From: the human T2T-CHM13v2.0 reference genome, Homo sapiens
Direction: 5' to 3' (one strand)
Length of the DNA stretch: 64,000 nt
Assembly (NCBI RefSeq): GCF_009914755.1
Contig: NC_060927.1
Every line of letters begins with the position of its first letter. Within the stretch, counting starts at the first letter, position 1. This document shows positions 52,061-64,000 of the stretch, piece after piece. Below the pieces are notes generated by a model. It did no database searches, was not told the DNA's origin, and saw only the letters and a program-made list of their open reading frames with translations. The position numbers and the translations under genes were made by a program.

Positions 52061-53369
52061 TACTCTGCAGGTGTGTATTGGGATGGGGAGAAGGGTCATA
52101 GTTAAGAATCTTCAGCAGTAGATTTCTCTGTACCATCGACCTAAGTTCCTACAGAAAGTTCTGGCTCCAGAACTCAGGCTGCTAAGCACCCAACTGTACT
52201 TCCTTGGAACTGCCCCCAACCTTCAAAGGTGAGTTCTCATGGTCATGTTGATATTATATCACCTCTTACCCATGAACAAAGTTGTTTGGCATGTGATGGC
52301 TGTGCTTTTTTGATCCTGTTCTCTGTTTGGGCTTACTCAGCTCTGGCACCAACCCAAACCTGCAGGTAATATTATCAGTATCTTCAGGCCAACAACTAAG
52401 CAACAAGAAAAGATTTTTCCTGGCCTGCTCTAATCTTAAATACATATAAATAGCAATTCCCAGTTCACAAAGCATTGTCATAGTTCTTATCCCCACAAAA
52501 CTTTCTTCCCCAAATTGCATGTAGTAGGTGTTATTATAGCCATTTTACATATTTATAAGTTGAGACTTAAGGTGAAATGACTTGCTAAATGTACAGCTCA
52601 AGAGCTCTGTAGCCCTGATGGGACCTGTGGCCTTTTATTTAATATATTTTGTGTTACCTGAGCACTTCTTCTGGAGCCCGCAACTGGGTGAGAGTACTAC
52701 AAATGTGACTTCATTTAATTCTGTCAGCTCTGCAGTCGAGGGGTGGGGGTGAATATTCTTATCCAGTTGTGTTCATGAGAAGGTAAAACAATTATCCTAG
52801 GTTGTGAGCTAGGACGTGGCAGAACCAGAGGTGCCATCCAGTCATGTCTCACTCCATCACCTGCGCCCTGAACCCTACAGGATGCCTCTATCTGCTTTAT
52901 CCTTGTTCTGCCTCACTCCTTAGTACCCCTACACCAAGAGCTGGATGGTCTCTTGCCTTGAGCTCTGTGAGGCAGCTAAACTGTAGTCTGATTTTTCATC
53001 GCCAGCACGTGTTCTTGGCTCCATGCCTGAACTTCTGCTTTTGGTTTCTGTTCTCAGACCCTTGTACTTGACCCTGGCCTTTATGTCTACCTGGGAACAA
53101 TTGCTCTCTGATCCTCTGGCCCCTTGGCTAGGTTATGCTGCCTGTTACCTCTCATCCTGTTACACACATCTCCCCATTGCATCTGCTGCCCCATGCCAAG
53201 GCTGCCACTTTTACATAATGTCCTACTTTCAGGCATTTCTGCATGTAGAACTCTTATTTCAATTGATATTGAAGTTTCTTCAAGGTCAAACTTGGGATTA
53301 ATAAATTGTCAATATGTTTATGAGAATAAATTTATCATTGCAGCTTCCATCTATGATATTTCTCAAATA

Positions 53370-54272
53370 TTTATTTTTACCTTTAAATTAACATATTATA
53401 AAATTGACCTTTACTTTGTTATACAGTTCTATGAGTTTCAACACGTCTAGATTTGTGTAACCACTTTCGCAATCAACACACACAGCAATTCTACCACCCC
53501 TACCCACTCCCTCCTGTCCCCATCATTATAGTTTTGTATTTTCAAGAGTGTCATAGAAACGGAACCATTTCCTATGTAACCTTTTGAGGCTGGCTTCTTT
53601 CACTCAACACAACGCCTTTGAGATGCATCCACACTGCTGTAGTTTTAATGGTTCATTTCTTCTTACCACTGAATAGTATTCCATTGTATGGGTGTACCAC
53701 AGGTGTTTATTCATTCACCTGACATATGGGGAGATTCTAGTATGAAGTGGTTATGACTAAAGCTGCTATAGGCAGTCCTATATACAGATTTTTGTATGAG
53801 TGTAAGTTTTCATTTCTCCAGAATAAGTATCCAGAAATGGATCACTGGATTGTATGGTTATATGGTTTGGCTGTGTTCCCACCCAAATCTCATCTTGAAT
53901 TGTCACTCCCATTATTCCCACATGTTGTGGGAGGGAACCAGTGGGAGTTAATTGAATCATGGAGGCGGTTTCCTCCATACTGTTCTTGTGGTAGTGAATA
54001 AGTCTCACGAGATCTGATGGTTTTATAAGGGAAAACTCTTTTCACTTGGCTCTCATTTTCTCTCTTCCCTGCAACCATGTAAGATGTGCCTTTCACCCTT
54101 CCACCATGATTGTGAGGCCTTCCCAGCCACGTGGAACTGTGAGTCTGTTAAACCTCCTTTTCTTTATAAGTCCAGTCTTGGGTATGTCTTTATCAGCAGC
54201 ATGAAAACAGACTCATACATATGGTAAGAGTATGCTTAAGTTTATAAGAAAATTCCAACCTAACTTCCAGGG
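53370..54272 (-). mobile_element. Old L1 (L1MC/L1MD-like) 3' region interrupted by THE1
   Basis: ATACAGTTCTATGAGTTT, TGGCTTCTTTCACTCAACACAA, TGAATAGTATTCCATTGTATGG; continues TAAGAGTATGCTTAAGTTTATAAGAAA after the THE1. Confidence 0.8.
53858..54219 (+). mobile_element. THE1 (THE1B/C-like) MaLR solo LTR
   Basis: ATATGGTTTGGCTGTGTTCCCACCCAAATCTCATCTTGAATTGT ... TATCAGCAGCATGAAAACAGACTCATACA; exact 5-bp TSD TATGG (53853-53857 and 54220-54224). Confidence 0.93.
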
Positions 54273-54334
54273 TTACAACAGTTAATTTTCATACTTACCT
54301 GCATACAATTTTATAGTATAGGCAGATTCTACTA

Positions 54335-54710
54335 CTGTGCCTCCTGCTTTCCATTTTTTCCTCCAAATTGACCCTTGGGCTCTCACCATGTCTTGGGAGA
54401 CTCATGTCTCTGGGCTACATCAACAGGGTCCGTTGTCCTCTGGCATTCAATTTGGTTTGGCTGAAGAAAAGCACTGTCAGGAGACCAGAGGGCAGGAGGA
54501 AAAGGCTGTTCAAGGACTTACTTGCCTGTTCCCTCCTTGCTAGTGGCTACAGACAGTTGCACATCTCTCTAGAGTATCTGCTGCTTGTGGCAGGCACCCC
54601 TAGACCTGCCTTTCACTACCCTTTCCCCCTCAGGCCTCCTCCTGCTCACCACAGATCATTGCACTGTCCCTGATTACTTATATATTCAGTATCTTATTTA
54701 ACCCTTCCAA
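54335..54710 (+). mobile_element. LTR33-like ERVL LTR fragment
   Basis: GGGCTACATCAACAGGGTCCGTTGTCCTCTGGC...TTTGGCTGA...CAGGAGACCAGAGGGCAGGAGGA; family from memory. Confidence 0.55.
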
Positions 54711-54879
54711 AATCACTATGAAATAAGAAGGCAGATAAAGAAACTGAAGCATAACGTGCCTGAGGTCACATTGCTGTTAAGCAACAAAGCCAAGCAAGGC
54801 TGAAATCCATGTCTTTTGACTCTTAAGCCCATGCTTTTTCCAACAGACTCTGAGTTCACCCCATTTGTGTCAATGCTTT

Positions 54880-55709
54880 TGAAACAGGAAAAGTTCCCTT
54901 GTCGCCCTTGCAGGGCGTGTGATGGGGGTGTGGCTCGCTTCTTCAGTGCCCTGCTGCTCAGACCTCTAGGGGAGTATACAGATGGGCAGGCTGTGGGGCT
55001 CTGACCCCACTGCAGTGTCTAGGGGTGAAGGTTTAGAGCTCCTGAAGCCCCAGTGGGTGTTTGTCACTGTGTGCTCTTTTAGTTTAGCCATCCATAGGCA
55101 GCTTGTGTTAGTCAGCTCAATTAGACCCCTGCCTTATCGCAATGACAGAGGGCTTTCTATATCCTGGGTTCTCGCCTTGGTGTACCAGAAGAATCCGATC
55201 ACACCCGGGCTTGGAGAATGAGTGCAAGGTTTTACTGAGTGGAGGTAGCTCTCAGCACATGGAGGGAGTCAGAAGGGGATGTAGTGGGAAGGTTTTCCCC
55301 TGAAGTCAGCCCGGACTTTCCTCTGACTGCCCTGACCAAACTCCACCTTGTTCTGCAGGTGGATGGCCTGCCGGCCTGCAGTGTGCCCTTCCACAGGCAT
55401 GCTCTCCTTGATGTCCTCTCATTGTCCAGCTTCTTGTCTTCTTCTGCTGATTTGTTCTTCTCGCCATCCAGCAGCTTCTGTCTCTGCCTTGCTAGGGTCT
55501 CGTGTTTTTAAAGGCACAGGATGGGGGTATGGCAGGCCAAGGTGGACTTGGGAAATGCAGCATTTGGGCAGGAAATGCCTGTCCTCACCTAGGTCCTTGG
55601 GGGCAGGGCCCTAGCCAGGGACCACACCTCCCCTATCTAGCATTTCCCTTCCCCACTTCTGTAGCATTTAAAGGGACCACGCTCTTCCCTTCCCAGCACT
55701 CCCATATCA
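54880..55709 (-). mobile_element. ERV1 solo LTR of the LTR1/LTR28/MER52 group
   Basis: Minus strand begins TGATATGGGAGTGCTGGGAAGGG and ends GGGAACTTTTCCTGTTTCA; 830 bp, GC-rich; exact 4-bp TSD CTTT (54876-54879 and 55710-55713). Confidence 0.85.
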
Positions 55710-56424
55710 CTTTTATTACACAGTTTTACAAATAATTCATTTCACCTGCTATAAACATTTAAAATAGATTCACTCAAGTTCTAGAATTCATGATCCAGTT
55801 CTCCTGAGCAGGTTATATGCATTGACATAGTTTCTCTTCTTCCTATTTGATTTTTTCCCTTAATTCCCAATACTCATGGTATCTTTCATATCAATTCTAA
55901 GTTTAATAAAAATGATCAAAATTCCTGAATAAAACATGGGAAGGCTAAATAAAATATTTTTATTCTTAAGTGAACATTGCATATGCTAATATGTTCTACA
56001 TTCATTATTTGAATGAATTATTGATTAGATTTATTATGTATTTTAAACTTAAATATTTAAAATAAACTTCTACTGACATATAATTAGCAATAGGGAAGCT
56101 GAAAGCAACTGATTTTGCTTAACTAAACAACCAATGCCTACTGTTGAACTGGCTTTACCCTCCATAGCAAGGAACATAAATATAGGCAAAATGGGCAACT
56201 CTATATGCACAGTCGCTTATTCATTCTTTTGCAAATAATAATCAACTTTATTTAAATGCCTTACCCAAGATCTCACTGCCAGTGAATAGGAAACTAGTTG
56301 TCTTGATTTTCAGAGCAGGACTCTGTTTCCTACATAAACTTATGTGTGTAACTTTAACTGGGGTCTGCAGATCACTAGGGGTCTATATATGACCTCCTGA
56401 GTGTCTGCTAGGTGGCTCTAATTC

Positions 56425-56527
56425 AGGGTGACCTCTCTCCTGGTTTGCCCCAGAATTGAGGAATTTCCTGAAATGTGGGACTTGCAGTGCTAAAACTGGG
56501 AAAGTCCTGGGCAAACTGGGTCACTAT
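56425..56527. mobile_element. MER81-like hAT-Blackjack MITE
   Basis: AGGGTGACC...CCTGGTTTGCCC...GGGACTTGCAGTGCTAAAACTGGGAAAGTCCTGGGCAAACTGGGTCAC with inverted termini. Confidence 0.7.
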
Positions 56528-56592
56528 AACCAGACATCGTGTGTTCAAATTCAATTATAAAAGGTCACCCAGGTCATCTAGTATATGCTTAT

Positions 56593-56639
56593 TGTATTAG
56601 CCATTAGCCAGGGTTCTTCAGAGAAACAGAACCAATAGG

Positions 56640-56686
<47 letters not shown>

Positions 56687-56731
56687 TACAAACACAGATA
56701 CAAACACATATATACATAATACACATGCGCG

Positions 56732-56764
<33 letters not shown>

Positions 56765-56765
56765 T
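56593..56765 (-). repeat. MLT2 LTR 3' terminus followed by a compound (CA)n/(TA)n microsatellite
   Basis: ATTAGCCAGGGTTCTTCAGAGAAACAGAACCAATAGGATA then long CA runs. Confidence 0.8.
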
Positions 56766-58089
56766 TCTGAACTTGACACCAACTAGTTCTCTAATTAAAA
56801 GAAATTACTCAGATTTCTGACAAAGCCCCTAGAAGCACATGGACCTAAACAGCACTTAATCTAATCATTCTCAAACAGCATACCCCAAAGCCTCAGGGTC
56901 CATGGCCGTATTTCAGAAGCTGACCAGGAGAAACTCAGTAGGGACCCAAAGGGAGATGTACAATTTCCTCATCTTTTCGTTAAACCAGGCATCTCTGCTT
57001 CTCTCTGTTTTGTTTATTGAGGTTTCACTGGTAAGTCTGCATTGGTTGAACACTACTGAGGAGTCCAATCCTATCATATCACATAAAAGGAAATGATACC
57101 CAGATAGAAGAGGGAATTGGTGGCTTAAAACTCACAGCAGAATTCTACATATGGTAAAAATGAAATGATAGCCTCCTCCAAGTGGAATAGTTTCTAAGTG
57201 GCCTAAACCTCGCTTTCTATCAAAACAGCCCCCAGAGCTTTCTTCCTATAACATATTCTGTGCTTGGCTGATTTGACAGCATTACTGATAATATCACTTA
57301 GAAAGTGTAATGGTCATCGCTATTGACTTGCTGAGAATCTCAGTGTGTGGGCCTGTGTCATTCTTTTCACGTATGTGGGCTCCAGTTACTCTTCTGCCCA
57401 AGTAATCATCTTGTCATTAAGTCTCTGTAAAGCCACACTGTCAGCGGTAATTGTGGCAACATCTGTAACCGGCATAACACAGAATAGATATTTCAGGGGA
57501 AATGGACACATCCCAGGCTTTACAAAAATAAAATGACCCCTGGCACTTGCATTTGCATTTTGTGTATGTAGGTTCTATTTTCATTGACTGTTTCTTTCCC
57601 ATTTATTCTTTCTGCCTTCTTAATGACATATAGGTGTAAGATACTGTTTTTTTCCTATTTTACAGTCCTGCATGTGGAGTCACTGAAAATATAAAATTAA
57701 GTTACTAAAAAAAGAAGGAAATTATTTGGGGAACTATATAGCAGATAATATAGGAAAATCTCCTAGCCCAGTGGAAACTGTTTTATTTTTTAGAAACACT
57801 GCCCCTAATTTAACTGCTCAAAGAGATTTTCTTTACCTAAATGCTCATGATAGAGACAGAGAGAGGCATACAGAGGGAAAGACAGAGAGAGACACACACA
57901 CACAAAGAAACAGACCACTGAAGGAGAAGTTCAGAAATGATGGAAAGAAGGTGTTTAGCAAAATGCCTCTTCAAGAGTTTATTCAAAGGACAAAGGTAAC
58001 TCTTAACTGCTGTTCTCAACCTCTATTGGTTTTAATATATCTTTCTATACTTAAAAAAAGAAGACTCCAAAGACCATTTGCTTGTGGGA

Positions 58090-58672
58090 GGTAAACATCT
58101 TTCAATATGTTCTATATTTAAAATTAAAGTTGGGAAACATAAAGGATATTTATTAATTTGTTTTCAAATAACAGTAATAAACTCATTACATGTTAATGTA
58201 CATATTTCTATGAAAATAAAAAAGAATAAGAAATTCTGTAAGCATTGGCAAGCCACCAAGCTCAGATCAACAGATACAAATTTTTCCAAAATTCTAAAAC
58301 TGTTATTCAATTGATGCTTGAATTTTTCATTGGCAACAAATGCTGTTAGTTATGTCTCTTGAAGTAACAAGAACACTTCATTTATTTAAAAGGAAGTGTC
58401 TGCCAATGCCCAAGTCTAAATAACCATGGTTTGTCTTGTCATTTCTTTCAAGTGAAAATGGTGTTCAGTGAAAAAAGCAATTAGTTCTGCTCACAGCCTC
58501 AACTATTGCCAAAGTGCTTTCCCTCAAGACAGCCATCATACTTGGTTTGCAACAGAAATATGTCATGTGGGTTTCGTATTTCTTCACATAGTACAATATG
58601 CAAGGTTCAAAATTTAATAAGATTAATACTTTTATTCCTTCATCAAGGGCATTCCTACACTAAACTGACTTT
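58090..58672. mobile_element. Charlie1-like hAT DNA transposon fragment, abutting the L1
   Basis: TCATTGGCAACAAATGCTGTTAGTT...CTTGAAGTAACAAG...GTCTGCCAATGCCCAAGTCTAAATAACCATGGTTTGTC; family from memory. Confidence 0.65.
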
Positions 58673-60575
58673 TATTTTTAATGTTCTTGGGTACATAGTA
58701 AGTAGTAGGTGCATATATTTCTGGGGTATATGAGATCTTTTGTTATAGGCAGACAATGTGTAATAATCACATCAGGGTAGATGGAGTATCCATCACTTCA
58801 AGCATTCATCCTTACTTTGTGTTACAGACAATCCAATTATACTTGTTTAGTTACTTTTAAATGCACAATAAATTGTTGACAGTAGTCATCCTCTTGTGCT
58901 ATTCAATAGTAGATCTTATTCATTCTACTTAACTACATTTTTGTACACATTAACCATCCCCATTTCCCCCCTACTACCCTGCTCAGCCTTTGATAACCGT
59001 CATTCTGCTCTGTATCCATGAGTCCAGTTGTTTTAATTTTTAGCTCCAGAAATAAGTGAGAACATGCCAAGTTTGTCTTTCTGTGCCTGGGTTATTTCAC
59101 TTAATATATTGACCTCCAGTTTCATTCATGTTGTTGCAAAAGATGGAATCTTATTCTTTTTATGTCCTGTGCCACATTTTCTTTATTCATCTGCCGATGG
59201 ACATTTAAATTCCTTTGAAATCTTCGTTATTGGGGAATAGCGCTGCAATAAACGTGGAAGTGCTGGCATCTCTTTGATATACTAATTTCCTTTATTTTGG
59301 GAAGAAAATCCCACCTAGCAGTGGGATTGCTGAATAATATGGTAGCTCTATTTTTAGTTTTTTTGAGGAACCTTCAAACTGTTCTCCCTATTAATTGAAC
59401 TAATTTATATTCGCACCGATAGTATATGAGGGGTCCTTTTCTGCACATTCTCGTCGGCATTTATTATTGCCTGGCTTTTGGATAAAAGGAATTTCAACTG
59501 GAATAAGATTATATCTTATTGTAGTTTTGATTTGCACATCTCTGATGCTCAGTGATGTTGAGCACCTTTTCATGTACCTATTTGCCATTTGTATGTCTTC
59601 TGCTGAGAAATGTCTACTTACATCTTTTGCCTATTTTTGAAACAGATTATTAGATTTTTCTTTTCCTGTAGAGTTGTTTGAGCTCCTTGTATTAAACATA
59701 TTCTGGTTATTAATCCTTTGTCAGTTAGAGAGTTTGTAAATATTATCTTTCATTCTGTGGGTTGTCTCTTCACTTTGTTGATTGTATCCTTTGCTGTGAA
59801 GAAGCTTTTTAACTTAACGTGATCCCATTTGTCCACTTTTGCCTCGGCTGCCTGTAGCTTGTGGTCTATTACTCAAGAAATCTTTCCCCTGCCCAGTGTT
59901 GTGGAGAGTTTCCCCAATGTTTTATTGTAGTAGTATCATAGTTTGAGATCTTAGATTTAAGTCTTTAATCCATTTTGATTTGATTTCTGTATATGGAAAG
60001 AGATAGGGTCCTAGTTTCATTCTTCTGCATATGGATATCCAGTTTTCCTCGCACCATTTATTAAAGAGACTGTCCTTCCCCCAGTTTATATTCTTGGCAC
60101 TGCTGCCAAAAATGCATTCACTGTAGATATATGGATTTGTGTCTGGATTCTCTATTCTGTTCCATTGGTCTATATGTCTGTTTTTTATGTCAGTACCCTG
60201 CTGTTTTGATTACTATAGCTTTGTAGTATAATTTGAAGTCAGGTAATGTGATTCCTCCAGTTTCATTCTTTTGCTCAGGACAGCTTTGGCTATTCTGGGT
60301 CTTTCATGGTTCCATACACATTTTAGGATTTTTTTCTATTTCTGTGAAGAATGTCATGGGTATTTTGGGTATTTTCATGGGGATTACATTGAATCTGTAG
60401 ATTACTTTAGGTAGTATGGGCATTTTAGCAATTTTGATGTTTTCATTATTCCAAACCATGAAAATTGACTATCTTTCTTTTTTTTTTTTTTTTTTTTGGT
60501 GCCCTCTTTCAATTTCTTTCATCTTTCACGTTTTTGGTTAATTCCTACTTTTTTTGCTATTGTAAATGGGATTAC

Positions 60576-61021
60576 CTCCTTCTTGTCCTCCTCGTCATCC
60601 TCTTCCTCCTTCTCCTCCTCCTTCTCCTCTTCCTCCTCCTCCTTCCTTTTCTCCTTTTTCTTCTCCTCCTTCTTCCTCTTCTTTCTAGTTCCTGTTTTTC
60701 TTCTTCTACTTGTTCTTGTTCTTTTTCTTCTTCCTCTTCCTCCTCCTTCTTCTTCTTCCTCTTCTCTCTTCTTCCTCTTCTTCTTCTACCTCTTCTTCCT
60801 CCTTCTTCTTTCTTCTTCCTCTTATTCCTTCTTCTTCCTTCTTCTTCTTCTTCTTCCTCCTCCTCCTTCTTCTTCTACTTCTTTTTCTTCCTCTTCTTCT
60901 TCTCCTTCTTCCTCTCTTTCTTCTACTCCTCCTCCTTCTTCTTCTTCCTCTTCTTTCTCCTCCTCCTTCTTCTTCTTCCTCTTCTTTCTCCCCCTCCTCC
61001 TCCTTCTTCTTCTTCCTCTTC
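60576..61021. repeat. About 450-bp degenerate (CTT/CCT)n polypyrimidine tract at the tail position of an Alu
   Basis: Directly visible; very few purines; abuts the 3' end of the minus-strand Alu. Confidence 0.97.
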
Positions 61022-61305
61022 TTTGAAATAGGGTCTTACCCTGTCACCCAGGCTGTAGTGCAGTGGCATGATCTCTGCTCACTGCAACCTCCACCTCCTG
61101 GGTTCAAGTGATTCTCATATCTCAGCCACCCAAGTATCTGGGATTATAGGCCCATGCCACCATGCCTGGACAACTTTTATATTTTTAATAGAGATGGGGT
61201 TTTACCATGCTGGCCAGGCTGATCTCAAACTCCTCCATCAAGTGATCCTCCTGCCTCGGCCTACCAAAGTGCTGAGATTACAGGCATGAGCCACCATACC
61301 TGGCC
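61022..61305 (-). mobile_element. Old Alu (AluJ/early S) inserted into the L1
   Basis: Reverse two-arm Alu ending GAGCCACCATACCTGGCC; L1 sequence GGATTAC is repeated on both sides of the tract-plus-Alu block. Confidence 0.93.
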
Positions 61306-64000
61306 AGGATTACTTTCTTGACTTCTTTTTCAGATTGTCTGCTGCTGGCATATAGAATGCTACTGATTTTTGTATGTCGGTTTTGTGTCCTCAACTTTAT
61401 GAGTTTGTTTATCAGTTCTAATAGGTTTTTAGTGGAATCTTTAGGTTTTTCCAAATATTAGATCATATCATCTGCAATCAATGATAATTTGATGTCCTCC
61501 TTTCTAATTTGGATGTTCCTTATTTTTTTCTCTTCTCTGATTGCCCTAGCTAGGACTTCTGGTGCTATGTTGAGAAACAGCAGTGAAAATGGGCATCCTT
61601 ATCTTATTCCAGATCTTAGGGGAAAGTCTTTCAGTTATTCCTTATTCAGTATAATACTAGCTTTGGGTCTGTCATATATGTATTTTCTTGTGTTAAGGTA
61701 TGTTCCTTCTGTACCCAGTTTTTTTAGGTTTTATTATGAAGAGATGTTGAATTTTATCAAATGCTTTTTGAGCATCAATTGAAATAATCATATGTTTTTT
61801 TCTTTCATTCTGTTGATATAATTTATTACAATGATTGTTTTGCAAATGTTGAATCATCCTTGCATCCCTGGGATTAAACTTATTTGGTCATGATGAATGA
61901 TCTTCTTAATGTGTTGTTGAATTTGGTTTGCTAGTATTTTGTAAGGATTTTTCCATCAATGTTCATTAGGAATAATACTGGCCCATAGTTTTCTTTTTCT
62001 TTCTTCTTCTTCTTTTTTTTTTTTTTTTTTTGATATGTCTTTGTCTGGTTTTGGTATCAGGATAATACTGGCCTCATAGAATGAGTCTGAAAGTATTCCC
62101 TCCTCCATTATTTTATAGAATAGTTTGAGTAGGATTGGTATTATTTCTTCTTTAAATGTTTGGTAAAAATTCAGCAGGGAAGCCACTGGATCCTGTGGTT
62201 TCCTTTGCTGAGAAATTTTATATTATGGGTTTGATCTCATTACTTGTTATTGGTCTGTCCAGGTTTTAGATATCTTCATGAGTCAATCTTGGTAGGCTGT
62301 ATGTGTCTAAGAATTTATCAATTTCTTCTAGGTTTTCCAATTTATTGGCATATAGTTGCTCATAGTAGCCTCTAATGATACTTTGAATTTTGGCAGTATC
62401 CGTAGTAATGTGTCTCCTTTTTTTAAAATCTCTGATTTTATTTATTTGGGTCTTGTCTCTTTTTTTCTTAATTAGTCTGACTAAAGTTTTGTGGATTTTT
62501 ATTATCTTTGTAAAAAACTTTTCATTTTGTTGATTATTCGGGTTGTTTCCTTTGTTTCAATTTCATTTATATCTGCTTTGATATTTATTATTTGTTTTCC
62601 TCCATTAATTTTGGGTTTGGTTTGCTCTTGGTTTTCTATTTCTTTAAGATCCATTGTTAGGTTGTCTACTTGAAGTTTTTCTACTTTTCTGATGTAGATG
62701 TTTATAGCTATAAACATTCCTCTTAGTACTATTTTTACTATATCCCATACATTTTTGTATGTTTTGTTACCATTATTATTTGTCTCAAGAAATGTTTAAA
62801 TCTCCTTCTTAATTTCTTTATTGACCCACTGGTTATTCCAGAGCATATTATTTAAAGTGTTTGTATAGTTTCCAAAATTTCTCTGGTTATTGATTTCTAG
62901 TTTTACTCCATTGTAGTAAGAAAAGATTCTAATATAATTTCATTTTTTAAATCTTTGCAACTTATTTTGTAGCCAAACATATTGTCTATTATTGAGAAGG
63001 ATTTATGTGCTGAGGAAAGGAATGTATATGTTGCAGCTGTTGGATGAAATGTTCTATAAATATCTTTTAGGTCCATTTCATCCATAATGCTGATTAAGTC
63101 CAATGTTTATTTCTTGATTTTAGATCTGGATGATCTGGGGTGTTCCAGTGTTGGATGCATATATATATACTGGATGTATTATTATACTGGATGTCCAGGT
63201 ATTATTATACTGAGGTCTATCTCTTTCTTTAATAATATTTGCTTTATATATCTGGGTGTTCCAGTGTTGGATGCATATATATTTACAATTGTTATGCCTC
63301 CTTGAGGAATTGACTACTTTATCATTATATAATGAGCTTTCTTATCTTTTTTAACAGTTTTTGTCTTGAAATCTATTTTGTCTGACACAAGTATAGATAC
63401 TCCTGCTTCTTTTTCGTTTCTGTTTCCATGGAATATCTTTCTCTATCCCTTTATTTTTAATCTATATGTGTTTTTATAGGTGAAGTGTGTTTCTTGTAGG
63501 CCACAGATTATTGAGTCTTGTTTTGTTATACATTTAGCCACTCTATGTCTTTTGATCGGAGAGTTTAATCCACTTACATTCAATGTTATTGTTGATAAAT
63601 AAAGACTTAATCCTGCCATTTTATTGTGAGTTTTCTGGTTGTTTTGTGGTCTTCTCTTCCTTCTTTCCTTCCTTCCTGTCTTTCTGTTAGTAAAGGTGAT
63701 TTTCTCCAGTGGTATGTTTTAATTTCTTCCTTTTTATTTTTCATGTATCTGTTGTATGTTTTTGATTTGAGGTCACCATGAGATTTGCAAACAATATCTT
63801 ATAACCATTATTTTAAACTGTTGACAACTAAACACTGATTGCATAAACAAAGAAGCAAAGGGAAAACTAATAAAACCTTTACACCTTAACTGTGTCAACC
63901 TGCTTTTTAACATTTTGTTGTTCCTATTTGTATCTTATTGTACTGTCTATGTCTTGAAAAGTTGTTGCAATTATTATTTTAATTGATTTATATTTTAGTC

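Larger units (their letters stand above)
58670..64000 (-). mobile_element. L1 LINE (L1MA1-3-like): 3' UTR and decayed ORF2, continuing past the window edge
   Basis: L1MA-type 3' end GGGTACATAGT...AATGTGTAATAATCACATCAGGGTA; minus-strand ORF2 fragments MANRYMKRCSTSL, FYQTFKEEIIPILLKLF, ELENQEQTKPK-like, endonuclease MDLKDIYRTFHP; many stops and frameshifts. Confidence 0.95.

Noticed and set aside
57726-58094. 122-aa ORF
   Set aside because: Non-ATG start, runs through a GA/CA microsatellite, no homology
60465-61111. 133-188-aa Ser/Phe/Leu-rich ORFs resembling membrane proteins
   Set aside because: Artefact of a pyrimidine-only tract that cannot encode stop codons
59400-63305. L1 ORF2 peptides as an active LINE
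   Set aside because: Fragmented by stops, frameshifts and an Alu insertion; old L1MA-type 3' UTR

Overview
This is primate (human-like) nuclear genomic DNA: AT-rich, CpG-depleted and dense in interspersed repeats. I find no supportable host protein-coding exon, RNA gene or CRISPR array, and the window reads as intergenic or deep-intronic sequence. The dominant feature is a 5,688-bp two-LTR HERV-H provirus on the + strand (46238-51925). It has two 413-bp LTR7-type LTRs, a tRNA-His primer-binding site, a polypurine tract and a 5-bp target-site duplication (CCATT/CCACT). Its gag/pro/pol are decayed, env is largely deleted, and it sits inside an older MLT1 LTR. Other mobile DNA includes about 10 Alus (two AluY-like), a >5-kb minus-strand L1MA-type LINE that runs off the right edge, solo LTRs (MSTA, THE1, several MLT1/MLT2, MER21-, MER4-group, LTR16-, LTR33- and LTR1-like), DNA-transposon relics (Tigger2a, Tigger4a, MER63, MER5, MER81, Charlie1) and MIR/L2 fragments. 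Family names come from recalled consensus sequences, not a database search. The most interesting observations are: (i) all 8 differences between the HERV-H LTRs fall in the downstream 191 bp while the upstream 222 bp are identical, and one change hits the GC/GT box of the 5' LTR; (ii) several repeat-free, motif-dense candidate enhancers; (iii) two Alu tails expanded into long purine/pyrimidine tracts; (iv) a perfect 52-bp (TA)20 palindrome with an overlapping alternative hairpin; (v) a template-switch-like scar inside the L1. I see no convincing evidence for a wholly new biological system.
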